From an uncultured Candidatus Entotheonella sp. (GTDB taxonomy: Bacteria > Tectomicrobia > Entotheonellia > Entotheonellales > Entotheonellaceae), in NCBI GenBank assembly GCA_965215335.1, contig CBDCDA010000001.1, positions 224,001 through 288,000 of the forward strand: DNA of 64,000 nt. The letters run 5' to 3'. The first letter of the stretch is position 1. Each line of letters begins with the position of its first letter. The position numbers were made by a program, and so were the translations under genes. Shown piece by piece: positions 49,165-60,552 of this stretch. The notes below the pieces were generated by a model. It saw nothing but the letters and a program-made list of their open reading frames with translations. It searched no databases and had not been told where the DNA came from.

Positions 49165-50876
49165 GCTTACCCATCGAGCGGCGGACGTATGCCCAGATGT
49201 ACGGCCCCACGACCGGCGACCGCGTACGCCTGGCGGACACGGAACTGTTCATCGAGGTGGAGCACGATCTGACCGTCTACGGCGACGAGGTCAAGTTTGG
49301 CGGCGGCAAGGTGCTCCGCGACGGTATGGGGCAGTCGCCGCAGGCTGGGGCGGACGAGGCACCGGACCTGCTGATCACCAACGCGCTGATCGTCGATCAC
49401 TGGGGTGTCGTCAAGGCCGACATCGGCATCAAGGACGGCAACATCGTCGCGCTTGGCAAGGCAGGCAACCCGGCGCTGATGGCCGGCGTGCACCCGCAGC
49501 TGGTGGTGGGCGTGAACACGGAGGTCGTCGCGGGCGAGGGGATGATCGTGACACCGGGCGGCATCGACGCGCACATCCACTTCATCTGCCCGCAACAGAT
49601 AGGCGAGGCCATCGCCTCCGGCATTACCACGATGCTGGGCGGCGGCACCGGCCCGGCTACCGGTACGAACGCCACGACCTGCACGCCCGGGCCGTGGAAC
49701 CTCCACCGCATGTTGCAAGCCGCCGAGGCGTACCCGGTCAACCTGGGCTTCCTGGGCAAGGGCAACGGTTCGCTGCCGCAGCCGTTGCGCGAGCAGATCG
49801 AGGCCGGGGCGCTGGGCCTGAAACTGCACGAGGATTGGGGCTCGACCCCGGCCGCCATCGACTGCTGCCTCGGCGTGGCGGAAGAATACGACGTGCAGGT
49901 AGCCATCCATACCGACACGCTCAACGAGGCCGGCTTTGTCGAAGACTCCATCGCGGCGTTTCGTGGCCGCACCATCCACACCTACCACACCGAGGGTGCC
50001 GGCGGCGGCCACGCGCCGGACATCCTGCGGGTGTGCGGCGCGGCGAACGTGCTGCCGTCGTCCACCAACCCGACGCGGCCCTTCACGGTGAATACGCTGG
50101 ACGAGCACCTGGACATGCTCATGGTTTGCCACCACCTCGACGCCAGCCTGCCGGAGGACGTGGCGTTTGCGGAATCGCGCATCCGCCCCGAGACAATCGC
50201 TGCCGAGGACATCCTGCACGACCTGGGCGCCATCAGCATGATGAGTTCCGACGCCCAGGCCATGGGGCGCGTGGGCGAGGTGGTGCTGCGCACCTGGCAG
50301 ACGGCAGACAAGATGAAACGCCAACGCGGCCGCCTGCCCGAGGAGCAGGGCGAAAACGACAACTTCAGGGTGAAACGCTACCTCGCCAAGTACGCCATCA
50401 ACCCCGCCCTGTCGCACGGTATCGGCGACTACGTGGGGTCGATCGCGGTGGGCAAGATGGCCGATCTGGTGCTGTGGCAGCCAGCCTTCTTCGGCGTCAA
50501 GCCGTCGCTCATCATCAAGGGTGGCTTCATCGCCTACAGTCTGATGGGCGATGCCAATGCCTCCATCCCCACCCCGCAGCCGGTTTTATACCGACCCATG
50601 TTCGGCGCCCACGGGCGCGCCAGGTTCGCCACCTCTTATTCCTTCGTCTCGCAGGCCGCCGTGGAGCGCGGCGTGCCGGAACAATTGGGCCTGCAGAAGC
50701 GCGTGGTGGCGGTGCGTGGCTGCCGCGGCATCGGCAAAGCGTCGATGGTGCACAATGCGTACCTGCCGCGGCTGGAGGTCGATCCGGAGACCTATGTGGT
50801 AAAGGCCGACGGCCAGGTGCTGACCTGTGAGCCGGCGTCGCAGTTGTCGCTGGCGCAGCGGTATTTCCTGTTCTGA
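49161..50876 (+). CDS. ureC: Urease alpha subunit
   Basis: [38 protein letters not shown] start. Confidence 0.98.
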   Translation: MSLPIERRTYAQMYGPTTGDRVRLADTELFIEVEHDLTVYGDEVKFGGGKVLRDGMGQSPQAGADEAPDLLITNALIVDHWGVVKADIGIKDGNIVALGKAGNPALMAGVHPQLVVGVNTEVVAGEGMIVTPGGIDAHIHFICPQQIGEAIASGITTMLGGGTGPATGTNATTCTPGPWNLHRMLQAAEAYPVNLGFLGKGNGSLPQPLREQIEAGALGLKLHEDWGSTPAAIDCCLGVAEEYDVQVAIHTDTLNEAGFVEDSIAAFRGRTIHTYHTEGAGGGHAPDILRVCGAANVLPSSTNPTRPFTVNTLDEHLDMLMVCHHLDASLPEDVAFAESRIRPETIAAEDILHDLGAISMMSSDAQAMGRVGEVVLRTWQTADKMKRQRGRLPEEQGENDNFRVKRYLAKYAINPALSHGIGDYVGSIAVGKMADLVLWQPAFFGVKPSLIIKGGFIAYSLMGDANASIPTPQPVLYRPMFGAHGRARFATSYSFVSQAAVERGVPEQLGLQKRVVAVRGCRGIGKASMVHNAYLPRLEVDPETYVVKADGQVLTCEPASQLSLAQRYFLF

Positions 50877-50886
50877 GAGGCGGCGG

Positions 50887-51615
50887 GTGTTCACAGGCGC
50901 GCAGACCCTCCCCAGCGGCCAGGCCTTGTGGTGCCTCCTGCAAACCAGCGACCAATTTTTTCCCACCGGCAGTTTCGCCTTTTCGCATGCCCTGGAGATG
51001 TACGTTGCTGCGGGCCTGGTGCACGACCGCGCCGCCTGCCGGCGGCTGTTCATCGACCTGTTCAACCACGCCATTGGCCCCACCGACATGGTGTTCTGCG
51101 CTCACGCCCATCGCCTTGCCGCCGGGCCCGAGGCCGCCGACGCCAAGCTGTCGTTCCTGACAGACCTCGACCGCTTGCTGGCCGCCACGAAGGTAGCGCG
51201 CGAATTGCGCCTGGAGAGCCAGCACGTCGGCAGGTCGTTTCTGCGCGCCGCCATGGCGCTGTCGCCAGAACGCCTGGTGCAGGCGTTCTGGCAGCAGGTG
51301 CGGCAGGGCGTGTCGCCGGGCCATCACGCTATCGTCTTCGGTCTGGTGGCGCACGAGTTGGGGGTGCCGCAAACCAGCGCCTTGCTGGCGTACCTCTATA
51401 CGGTGGCCGGCAGCCTGGTCGCCGCTGCCGTCCGGCTGGTGCCGCTTGGCCAATCTGATGGCCAGCGCCTGTTGCACGAGCTGCAACCGTGTTGTCTGGA
51501 GCTGGTGCAGCGTTACGCCCACCTCACCCCGGAAGACGTCTGGAACGGCACGCCGGGACTGGACATTCGCAGCATGCAGCACGAGCGGCTGTATTCCCGC
51601 CTGTGCCGTTCATGA
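50887..51615 (+). CDS. ureF: Urease accessory protein UreF
   Basis: DQFFPTGSFAFSHALE, AVRLVPLGQ, HERLYSRL. Confidence 0.92.
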   Translation: MFTGAQTLPSGQALWCLLQTSDQFFPTGSFAFSHALEMYVAAGLVHDRAACRRLFIDLFNHAIGPTDMVFCAHAHRLAAGPEAADAKLSFLTDLDRLLAATKVARELRLESQHVGRSFLRAAMALSPERLVQAFWQQVRQGVSPGHHAIVFGLVAHELGVPQTSALLAYLYTVAGSLVAAAVRLVPLGQSDGQRLLHELQPCCLELVQRYAHLTPEDVWNGTPGLDIRSMQHERLYSRLCRS

Positions 51616-51650
51616 AGACGAAATCCATTGACGCATGAGGGAGAAACAGG

Positions 51651-52331
51651 ATGCACGACGTGTATCGAGAAGCGCTGCACACCCACCCTGCGGCGTTGTT
51701 CGACTGGCCCGGCAAGGCGCCCAGGCCGCTGACCATCGGGGTCGGCGGGCCGGTCGGCTCCGGCAAGACGGCGCTGGTCGACCGGCTCTGCAAGGCGCTG
51801 CGCGACAGCTACCGCCTCGCGGTGGTGACGAACGACATCTACACGAGAGAAGACGCCGAATTTCTCTGCCGCAGCGGCGCCCTGGCCGTCGAGCGCATCG
51901 TCGGCGTCGAAACCGGTGGCTGCCCGCACAGCGCCATCCGGGAAGACGCCTCCGTGAACCTCGAAGCCGTGGCCGGTCTGGCGGAGCGCTTCACCGACCT
52001 GCAGATCATCTTCGTCGAGAGCGGCGGCGACAACCTGGCTGCCACCTTCAGCCCCGAACTCGCCGACTTCACCATCTACGTCATCGACGTCGCCGCCGGC
52101 GACAAGATTCCCCGCAAGGGCGGCCCCGGCATTACCCGCTCCGACCTGCTGCTCATCAACAAGATTGATCTCGCCCCCCACGTCGGCGCCGACCTGCAGG
52201 TCATGGACCGCGACGCCCGCAAGATGCGCGGCGACCGGCCGTTCATCTTCACCAACCTCCTGGCCGGGCAGGGGCTGGATACGGTGGTCGGGTGGGTGCG
52301 GCGTCATGTGGATGTCGCTTTGCAAGCTTGA
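51651..52331 (+). CDS. ureG: Urease accessory GTPase UreG
   Basis: [27 protein letters not shown]. Confidence 0.96.
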   Translation: MHDVYREALHTHPAALFDWPGKAPRPLTIGVGGPVGSGKTALVDRLCKALRDSYRLAVVTNDIYTREDAEFLCRSGALAVERIVGVETGGCPHSAIREDASVNLEAVAGLAERFTDLQIIFVESGGDNLAATFSPELADFTIYVIDVAAGDKIPRKGGPGITRSDLLLINKIDLAPHVGADLQVMDRDARKMRGDRPFIFTNLLAGQGLDTVVGWVRRHVDVALQA

Positions 52332-52439
52332 ATCCGGCCCGTTGAGGCGGCGCCAATGACGTGACAGGGTTTGATTTTCCATTTTCTGGCAGGACTTCTT
52401 ACTCGTCAGGCATGCGGCAGGACCAAGCCCCAACCGTCG

Positions 52440-52940
52440 GAGCCGTCCAAGGAATGGCAGTTTACGGCCAAGCACCAACCCATCTATTTCACCTCTCTCG
52501 AGTTGGAAAATGTGCGCTGCTTTGGAGAACGCCAGATTCTCTACCTCACGGATGATGAGCGGAGATTGGCCCAATGGACCCTACTCCTCGGGAATAACGG
52601 GGTAGGAAAGACAACATTGTTGCAATGTTTGGCCTGGATGCGGCCGGTTCCTGCTCTGAATTCTCCCGGAAACAGCCCCAGCCCTCCTGACACCATCGCG
52701 CCAGCTTTAGATTCTGAAGAAAACGAGGTATTGACATCCACCTTCATCCGCGTTGGCAGCGTCAGATTATTGGGGATATCGCCTGTCATTTTCCAAAGAC
52801 CCAATTTAATTGCTGCTTCTCATAGTCCTTCCATAGTTCAGGCGGCAGTAGTTCAGGCGACAGTCAATTTCCATTATCCGCGAACGAATTTGTGGTTGCC
52901 GCGCGAACGATGGTCTCTGCTGGGTACGCCGTCACGCTAA
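52440..52940 (+). pseudogene. Internally deleted ABC/AAA_21-type ATPase
   Basis: SLELENVRCF and LLGNNGVGKTTLL are joined almost directly to IAASHSP (H-loop); lower GC. Confidence 0.65.
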
Positions 52941-53113
52941 TCCAGAGATATTTGCCCATCCTCGAAGGAGTAATCCAGGCACACCAGAATACCGGTATCG
53001 ATCAAGACTGCCACGGGTCGCGGGATTGACAAAGCCAAGGCATGGCGCTACCGTGCGCGCCGGTTAACGCATACTCACGTTCGAGGAACCATCAACACGA
53101 AGGAGAGTATGGT

Positions 53114-54793
53114 ATGGCTGAATACGATGTGGTTATTCGTGGCGGCACCATCGTGGATGGAACGGGGATTCCACCGTTTCGAGCCGACCTGGCCATCAAG
53201 GACGGTCGGGTGGCGATGACAAGCGGTCGTATCAAAGCCGGTGGCGCCCGGGAGGTCGATGCCAAGGGGTGCAATGTGGCGCCCGGCGCGATTGACCTGC
53301 ATACGCATTATGACGCCCAGTTGAACTGGGATCCTTATGCCTCGCTGTCCGGCTGGTTTGGTGTTACCTCCGTCAGTATTGGTCAGTGCGGTTTTGGCTT
53401 TGCGCCGACGCGGCCGGAGGACCGCGATCTCAACATGCGCATGATGAACCGCATCGAGGCCATCCCCCTGAAGTCGATGGAACTTGGCATGCGATGGGAC
53501 TGGGAGACTTTCCCGGAGTATCTCGACAGCCTGCACCGCCAGGGCCTGGGGGTCAACGTCGGCGCCCTGGTGCCTTTCTCGCCGCTGCGCGGCTACGTGC
53601 TGGGGATGCGAGAAGCACGCGAGCGCACCTCGGTGACCGAGTCCGAACTGAGCCAGATGAAACGGCTTCTGCACGAAGCCATGCAAGCCGGCGCCTTCGG
53701 TTTCTCCGCCGACCAGAACCTCGAGGATCGCACGGAAGACGGCAGCGCCCTGCCGAGTCACGTGGCGTCGCCGGAGGAGTTCCTCGGCCTCGCCGAGGTG
53801 ATGTCCGACTTTGGCGTCGGCCACCTGGGATGGACCATCGGCATCTCCAACACGGCCCGCGAACAGCATCTGCTGCTTCTGGACATGATGCAGCGCAGCG
53901 GCCGGCCGTTGCACGTGGCGGTTGGGGATGATGAGGAAGGCTACACGTGGGCCAGCGAAGCGCGCGCCGAGGGTCTGCCGGTCGTGGTGCAGCAGAATTC
54001 CATGGATCCCGTGTCGGAGTTTACCCTGGCTGAATACAACATGTTCGATTACATGCCCAACTGGATCCAGCCGCTGGTGGGGACGGCTGCCGAGCGCGGC
54101 CTGAAGCTGCGCAACCCGGAAACACGCGCTGCCATGAAACGCGACGTGGCCGACCGGCCGCATGCCAGAACCGATTGGCGCCACATGACCGTGGTCGAGG
54201 TGATCCACGAGCACAATCGGCAGTACGAGGGCCTGAGCATCGAAGACCTCGCCGCCAGGCAGCAGAAGGATCCGCTGGATGCCCTTTTCGACCTGGCGCT
54301 GGATGAAGGGCTGCAGACGACGTTCAGCCACCTGATGTCGAACCGGGGGGACGAGGCGCTGGCCCGCCGTATTTCCAGCCCTTACTCCCACATCTCCCTG
54401 TCGGACGGTGGCGCCCACACCCGCTATCTCACCATCAGCACCTGGCCGGTGCATTTCCTGGGCTACTGGGTGCGCGACCGGCGGTTGGTCAGCATCGAGC
54501 AGGCGCATTACAAGATGAGCGCCTACCCGGCCTGGGTCGCCGATTTCAAAGGGCGCGGCACGCTGCGCGTGGGCGACTGGGCCGACATCATGATCTATGA
54601 TCTCGAACAGCTCGGCTACGTCTACGACAAGCCGACTTATGCGAGCGATTTTCCCGGCGGCGAATGGCGCCGGGTGCAGAAACCCACCGGCATCCGCCAC
54701 ATTCTGGTGAACGGCGCCGTCACGTTCGAGGAGAATGAGTGCACCAGCGCCTTGCCAGGCAAGTTGTTGCGCAGCTACGACATGGTGGGCTGA
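53114..54793 (+). CDS. N-acyl-D-amino-acid deacylase family amidohydrolase
   Basis: IRGGTIVDGTG, IDLHTHYD, SDGGAH, ILVNG. Confidence 0.9.
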   Translation: MAEYDVVIRGGTIVDGTGIPPFRADLAIKDGRVAMTSGRIKAGGAREVDAKGCNVAPGAIDLHTHYDAQLNWDPYASLSGWFGVTSVSIGQCGFGFAPTRPEDRDLNMRMMNRIEAIPLKSMELGMRWDWETFPEYLDSLHRQGLGVNVGALVPFSPLRGYVLGMREARERTSVTESELSQMKRLLHEAMQAGAFGFSADQNLEDRTEDGSALPSHVASPEEFLGLAEVMSDFGVGHLGWTIGISNTAREQHLLLLDMMQRSGRPLHVAVGDDEEGYTWASEARAEGLPVVVQQNSMDPVSEFTLAEYNMFDYMPNWIQPLVGTAAERGLKLRNPETRAAMKRDVADRPHARTDWRHMTVVEVIHEHNRQYEGLSIEDLAARQQKDPLDALFDLALDEGLQTTFSHLMSNRGDEALARRISSPYSHISLSDGGAHTRYLTISTWPVHFLGYWVRDRRLVSIEQAHYKMSAYPAWVADFKGRGTLRVGDWADIMIYDLEQLGYVYDKPTYASDFPGGEWRRVQKPTGIRHILVNGAVTFEENECTSALPGKLLRSYDMVG

Positions 54794-55016
54794 TGGCGCA
54801 GTCCGAACCCGTAGCTTTCCACAGCATCCGGGTTCGTCGGGGTTGGCGGGCTGTCTGTTGCCCATCAGCCCTGCGCGTCTCTGCATCGCCCGCGGCCAAG
54901 GCGTCCACGTGGGCGGGGAGACAACGGTGGCCATGCTACGGGGGTAAGCAGTCTGCCTGTGGTGCGTGGTCCCGGTCGGCGTGTTCCGGCGGGGAAGGCA
55001 GGTTTCCTTTGGGCCG

Positions 55017-55376
55017 TCATTCGGCAGGGCTTGCTTGCCCTTCCAGCCGGGAGATTCTTCCTTCGAAGATGCGGAGGACTTCGAACAATTCATCGAATCG
55101 GCGGTTGAGATCGTCGAACTGGCGGTTATTTTCCGCCTGCATGGCATCGAATCGATCATTGGTTTCTGCCTGCATGACATCGAACCGGCGATTGGTTTCC
55201 ACCTGCATGGCATCGAACCGGCGATTGGTTTCTGCCTGCATGGCGTCGAGTCGGTTCCCGATGTTGATCTGGGACATCACGCTGAGTGTGATGGTCAGAA
55301 CGACTAGAGTAAACAGGCTTACGGTGGGAGCGAGTTCCTTTATCTTGTCTATAGTGGTTTGTGTCTGCTCGGCCAT
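55017..55376 (-). CDS. Membrane-anchored coiled-coil protein with 11-aa repeats
   Basis: TM helix plus (RFDAMQAETNR)x4; AAGGAG RBS; TTG-type start called by the ORF track. Confidence 0.7.
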   Translation of the reverse strand: MAEQTQTTIDKIKELAPTVSLFTLVVLTITLSVMSQINIGNRLDAMQAETNRRFDAMQVETNRRFDVMQAETNDRFDAMQAENNRQFDDLNRRFDELFEVLRIFEGRISRLEGQASPAE

Positions 55377-55784
55377 TGACTGGCTCCTTTCTCTGCTACG
55401 TAGGGGCTTTGCAACAAGCCTTCATCCTATCATACGCAAGCCGATACAGACGGCTGTCCTGTTACCATTGCCCGCTTCGTCTTGGGCGCGGTGACAACGC
55501 CTGCGATCTCATCGCGCCAGTTCATGCTTACAGGGGCGACAGGCAACGCACGGACAATTTCTCGCAATGCCTCAAGAGGTGTCTTGGATTTCTTCCAGAC
55601 ACAGGGCTTGAACAACTCTGGGATTTCGCCCATGTTGCCGTCAAACCTTCTTTGCCTCACCGATTGTCATGTCAATCTCCGTACCGCAGATCATGCAGAA
55701 GCGTCGCTCGTGACGTGTCACCCTGACCGTTTCATTGCAGCATGAAAGGTGCAGGATGTCGAGCAGACCGTCGGTTTCCGTAGG

Positions 55785-56007
55785 TGTATGGTCCCGGGAT
55801 TAGATGGTTTGGCTCGACTCTAAATCTCTGCGGCTCCGATGTCCAGACCTTGCAGATGTATTCGTAGGGTGTAAGGCCCCGGAGGGTCTTGAGACGGCGC
55901 GCGAAGTTGTAGGCCGACAGAAAATCATCCAGGTGGCTGCGTAGTCGGGCATGACTCTCGTAATGGAAACGCTTGACGGTGGTCTCCTTGACCGTGCGGT
56001 TCATGCG
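55785..56007 (-). mobile_element. IS481-family transposase 3' remnant
   Basis: RMNRTVKETTVKRFHY...AYNFARRLKTLRGLTPYEYI; terminal TGT at 55785. Confidence 0.8.
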
Positions 56008-56235
56008 CATCGTACCATCAATCCATGGGACTGCACACCTAGACACTCGCCTTAACGTCTCCCGCACCAGGAAAACGCCCGCCCAAGCCGACAGGATTTC
56101 GGATATAATGCCTGCCACTCAAGGGTCGCGGTGCCCATTCAGTTGCAACCGAGGCCCCCCTTTTCGGGTGTTCCCCGGCTCTCTGACGTATCTTGGCGCC
56201 GGGAGGAATCTTGAGAGAGGAAAAGGAGGCTTTGG

Positions 56236-56640
56236 ATGAGTATTCAGTCCTTCACCAACACGGTGAAAGAATGGAGCCCCGTCCTGACACTACTCACCGT
56301 GGTTGCCACGGGCATTGCCATCATCGTGGGGGTCCAAGGCAACCTCGGCAACCGCCTTGATGCCATCGACGCACGTCTCGACAGCATCCAAGCGGAGAGC
56401 AATCGTCAGTTCAACGACCTGCTGACGGAGACGAACCGCCGGTTCGACGCCGCGCAGGCGGAAGAAAACCGGCGGTTTGAAGAACTCAACCGCCGGTTCG
56501 ACGCCGCGCAAGCCGAGAACAACCGCCGGTTCGACGCCGCGCAAGCAGCCGAAAGCCGCCGGCACGAAGAGTTGCTCAAGGCCCTCCAGGTCTTCGAAGG
56601 GAGAATATCCCGCATCGAAGCCCAGGCCGACAGCGAGTAG
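56236..56640 (+). CDS. Membrane-anchored coiled-coil repeat protein (paralog of 55017)
   Basis: TM helix plus NRRFDAAQAE repeats; C-terminal FEGRISRIE shared with 55017; AGGAGG RBS. Confidence 0.75.
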   Translation: MSIQSFTNTVKEWSPVLTLLTVVATGIAIIVGVQGNLGNRLDAIDARLDSIQAESNRQFNDLLTETNRRFDAAQAEENRRFEELNRRFDAAQAENNRRFDAAQAAESRRHEELLKALQVFEGRISRIEAQADSE

Positions 56641-57317
56641 TCAGCCCCCTCCGGGTTGCCCCGTTTTGCCCTTTACAGGAGCAGACGGTCCACCCTCCTC
56701 ATCTCTGACAGCCATCCCAAACCCGGAACCGTAAACCTTGCCGCCAACCAACACGTCTACGACAGCCGACCAACCCCGTCCCGACAACCCCACCTGGCTT
56801 TCCCATCCTCAGGCCGGCATTCCACGTCTCGTGCTTTCCTGCAACTGCCACCCGCAAACCCCTTGCCACCCCGAATCCATCGTCGCCATAGTCCAGAGCA
56901 ACGCCGAAGCAGAAACCATCGACGCCGGCCGCAATACACCTTTCCCACACTCGAGCAAGCGACCACCTCTGGCGAGTTCCCTGGCTTGGGTGAAGCTGGC
57001 CGGCTGTCGGTTCAATGATGCGCAGAGTCGCTCGGCGCCAGAGACCGCGTTTTGCTTCGGAAACCCGCCGCCTGATGCCCTTATGGAACAGATTCTCAGG
57101 TTTACGATTTCCCGCTGTCTCGGACCGTTTTCAGGCACCTCCAAGTGCCAACTCCCGCGGCCTTGAGCCGCGCGTATGCCAGACCTTCCAACCCGCGTCT
57201 AGCGGCAACATTTGAAAAGTAAAGAACGGTCCTGAAGGACCGTAGGATGCCGAACTCCTGACCGTATTCGGCGGCAAAGGACTTTTCATGCCGCCGGAGA
57301 GGCGGTGAGGAGAGGAA

Positions 57318-57692
57318 ATGAACGCTCCCATGTTATTTGACCAGGTACAAAGAACGATTCAAAGCGGCGGAAGCGGAAATCCAACTCTTGACATTGTCAG
57401 TGTCGTTGTCGTCGCAGCGGTTGGCGCTGGCCAAATTTGGGCTATTTGGTTTGGTATTCGGCAGATGCAGAGAGCGTCTGCCGAGCGTGACAGGCAGTTG
57501 CGGAAAGATTCTGCTGAGCGTGATTGGCAGTTTCAGCAGCAAGCCGCTGAAAGCGAGCGACGGCATCAGGAAATGATGCAGTCTCTCGCTGCTGAGAGAG
57601 ACCAGAACCGCGAAGACCACCGTGCGGTGATGCGTGCTCTGGAAGCTCTCATCGAGCGCACTGCTCCGCCGCCTCGTGAAGCTGCTGGGTAA
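57318..57692 (+). CDS. Small membrane-anchored coiled-coil protein
   Basis: Hydrophobic segment plus SAERD duplication; GAGG RBS; followed by hairpin. Confidence 0.6.
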   Translation: MNAPMLFDQVQRTIQSGGSGNPTLDIVSVVVVAAVGAGQIWAIWFGIRQMQRASAERDRQLRKDSAERDWQFQQQAAESERRHQEMMQSLAAERDQNREDHRAVMRALEALIERTAPPPREAAG

Positions 57693-57697
57693 TCTCC

Positions 57698-57742
57698 TCA
57701 GACAGGGAAGCGTTAGCTAGTTAGCTTCCCTGCCTGTCTTTC
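57698..57742 (+). terminator. Hairpin terminator candidate
   Basis: cagacagggaagc...gcttccctgcctg then tcttt. Confidence 0.55.
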
Positions 57743-58536
57743 CCCTCATATCCCCACCAAAATCCTCGCCACGCCCACTGTCGCCTCAACTTCCCTCCTA
57801 CACGTCGAAATAAGGGCTACACCCTGCCTGATCAGAATAAAATCAGTGGCAGAACCCAACAAATAACAGCCTCTTCTCGACCTGCCACATCGGAGGCAAT
57901 CATGGCGCTTCGTTCCTGGCTTTGGTCGCTGATACGTCGTTTTCGACGCCGTCACTGCCGGCAAACAGCCCTTTCTTTCCCAGACAAAAACGGGCCCTGA
58001 CAGCCGTTTCCGCAACCGACAGTCCCGCTCGTCAACTTCAGTTCACGCGGCCGCCAAGCCCCACCTACTCAACCACCACTTTCCGTGCAGCCGTCAACAA
58101 CCGCACTCAGCCGTCTCTGCTGATAGCACCTGTTTCCAGAAAGCCCGTCCGACCCACCAAAAATACAAAACCAGGGCCACCCCGACTCCACCTACACCGA
58201 CCCACACGCCGACCATCGTAAAGCCCAGGGCAAGAGATCGGTCACCGTAGCAGGCTCCAGCGTGTGGTGCCTGAACGCGCCCCTTGAATCTGGCGCCTTT
58301 TGGTTGTCCGGTCAACGGGGTTGCAGGCAGCGAGAAACTTGCTTCCTCCCATGGATGACTCGCAGAGCAAGCCAAAATGACAACCCTGGCCCCCCACATC
58401 TGCGCCCCGTATCAAGGATGGTCTTGTGCTCAAGTGCACAGGGAACCCGTCAGAGAACAGGCCCGTTTACCATATCATCTATTCATCCTGACGCATCGGC
58501 CCGCCAAAGACGTTTTGTCCGAGAATACCCCATACC

Positions 58537-58727
58537 ATCTGGAATTGGTTGAAAGACAACGGCACCGCACTCATCGCCCTCGCAGCCATCCTTACCGTTA
58601 TCCTCACGTCCAACAACGCCATCCATCACCTCCTGAACGATATCAGGACCGACATGAACCAACGCTTCGACGCCAAGGCCGGATCGAGATTATCCGGGAG
58701 CAGATCAGGACCGTGGACATCCCTTGA
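58537..58727 (+). pseudogene. Collapsed copy of the 6184-6624 gene
   Basis: Near-identical 5' ~140 nt; ATG changed to ATC; repeat block deleted; C-terminus RIEIIREQIRTVDIP out of frame. Confidence 0.85.
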
Positions 58728-58886
58728 CGCCAAACGATGCCTCAGAATCATGATCTGACGCCTGGCATGAAAGGGCCTGGTTGGACACATGCACCTTGAC
58801 TCGGCAAGGTCCTTCTCTACACTGCCACCCCTTCTTTCCACAGGCGGAAAGGACACGTCATCAACTTCAGGTGAAGGAGAAAGACT

Positions 58887-60083
58887 ATGACACGACTCGT
58901 GAAGGGTCTCTTGCTGGCAGGATTGGGGTGTGCGGTGATACTGAGTTCCTCTTTCCGCCCTCCCGTACAGGCTCAGACCGACTCTTTGACGTCGGCAGAG
59001 ATCTCGGACCTCAGAAAACTGCTGTCCTGCATCAAGGCCATATCCGTTACGGGACGAGCGGACTCGTTGCCGGCCTACGACATCGTCTTCGAGGGCTGCA
59101 ACGTGCACATCCAGAACGGGCACGCCAACGCCCGCACCACGACCACCAACGGCGCCGGCAATCTCATCATTGGCTACAATGAGGCGCCGGGTAGCCCGTC
59201 CACGGATTATCGCGCCGGGTCGCATAATCTGGTCATCGGCCCGCAGCATACCTATTCGAGTTACGGGGGGTTGGTGGCGGGGGTTCGTAACACCATCAGC
59301 GGGCAGTATGCCAGCGTCAGCGGCGGTGGCGACAACGAGGCCAGTGGCAGTGCGGCAGCGGTCAGCGGTGGTCAGAGCAACGTGGCCAGCGGCGATGGCA
59401 GCAGCATCAGCGGTGGCTACGACAACGAAGCCAGCGGGCAGTATGCCAGCGTCAGCGGCGGCAGCGAGAACGACGCCACCGGCTGGCAAGCCGGTGTCAG
59501 CGGTGGGACGCTGAATGAGGCCAGAGGGCGTTGGGCCAGTGTCAGCGGCGGTCAGGGTAACATGGCCGGGGACCCCGACAGAATCGGCGGCTCATCTGAT
59601 ACCTTCCGTACCGAAGGAAGTGCCGCCAGTGTCAGTGGCGGCAGGCACAACACGGCCAGTGGTGCCGAATCCAGCGTCTCCGGCGGTACTGGTAACACGG
59701 CCAGTGGCGTGCGCTCCAGCGTCAGCGGCGGCAGCGGCAACACAGCCAGCGGCCCGGGCAGCAGCGTCAGCGGCGGCGCCGGCAGCGAGGCCAGCGGCAT
59801 CTATTCCAGTGTCAGCGGCGGCCGCGACAACGAAGCCAGCGGTTTTGTTTCCAGCGTCAGCGGCGGCCGCGACAATAGGGCTGGCTCTGAGGAACCAGAT
59901 AACGCATGGGGAACACCTGCCAGCAGCTCTTATACCAGCGTCAGCGGTGGCGAGAACAACACGGCCAGCGACTGGGCCAGCAGCGTCAGCGGCGGCCACG
60001 GTACGGCTGCCGGTACGAGGGAATGGAGAGCCGGCAGTCTATGCCAGCTGTCCGGGGTCGAGTGTCCGTCCGAAGACGAGTGA
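58887..60083 (+). CDS. Secreted protein with SVSGGxxNxASG repeats
   Basis: Signal peptide ending VQA; NGAGNLIIGYNE; more than a dozen ~15-aa repeats. Confidence 0.8.
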   Translation: MTRLVKGLLLAGLGCAVILSSSFRPPVQAQTDSLTSAEISDLRKLLSCIKAISVTGRADSLPAYDIVFEGCNVHIQNGHANARTTTTNGAGNLIIGYNEAPGSPSTDYRAGSHNLVIGPQHTYSSYGGLVAGVRNTISGQYASVSGGGDNEASGSAAAVSGGQSNVASGDGSSISGGYDNEASGQYASVSGGSENDATGWQAGVSGGTLNEARGRWASVSGGQGNMAGDPDRIGGSSDTFRTEGSAASVSGGRHNTASGAESSVSGGTGNTASGVRSSVSGGSGNTASGPGSSVSGGAGSEASGIYSSVSGGRDNEASGFVSSVSGGRDNRAGSEEPDNAWGTPASSSYTSVSGGENNTASDWASSVSGGHGTAAGTREWRAGSLCQLSGVECPSEDE

Positions 60084-60552
60084 TGTGGGGCAGGGCGGAC
60101 CTCGGCGTCCATGAGGCCGCCCGCGAACGGAACCAGCCGGCAAGTTGGCTGGTTCCCTCTCGTTCAGGGAGCAGCATTGCGAGTGATGTTGATCCGAGCC
60201 AAGTCAGGGCGGGCCGCCGCCACACCCGGCCCCGGGAACACCTGGATATGGTGCTGAGCGCTTGATGACGTCCTGGCAGCAAACTCCTCATAGCTTCTGC
60301 AATATCGGCAGGTGCGCTCTCATGTCTCTTCTCGTTGTTCATAACGTTTCCTTTCTTCGCGCCAGTACCCGGCGCCAAAAATACGAATCCGGCCTTCTCG
60401 ATACGCGAAACGGACTGTCAACACCCGGCCCTCGACTTTGCCGAAACAAAAATGTCGCGTTTCTTGTGGGGTGCCATGCCTGTGGTCGAGAGCGATAAGG
60501 CGCGGATTATTTCGAGTGGAGGCGCATCCTCAGAGGACGCGGCAACCCCGGC

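Noticed and set aside
57740..58530. Structured ncRNA or IS end in a C/A-skewed intergenic stretch
   Set aside because: No recognisable family motif or convincing structure; probably decayed sequence
59290..60000. gtcagcggcggc repeats as CRISPR or a DGR template
   Set aside because: They follow the protein repeat period with synonymous variation; no reverse transcriptase in the window
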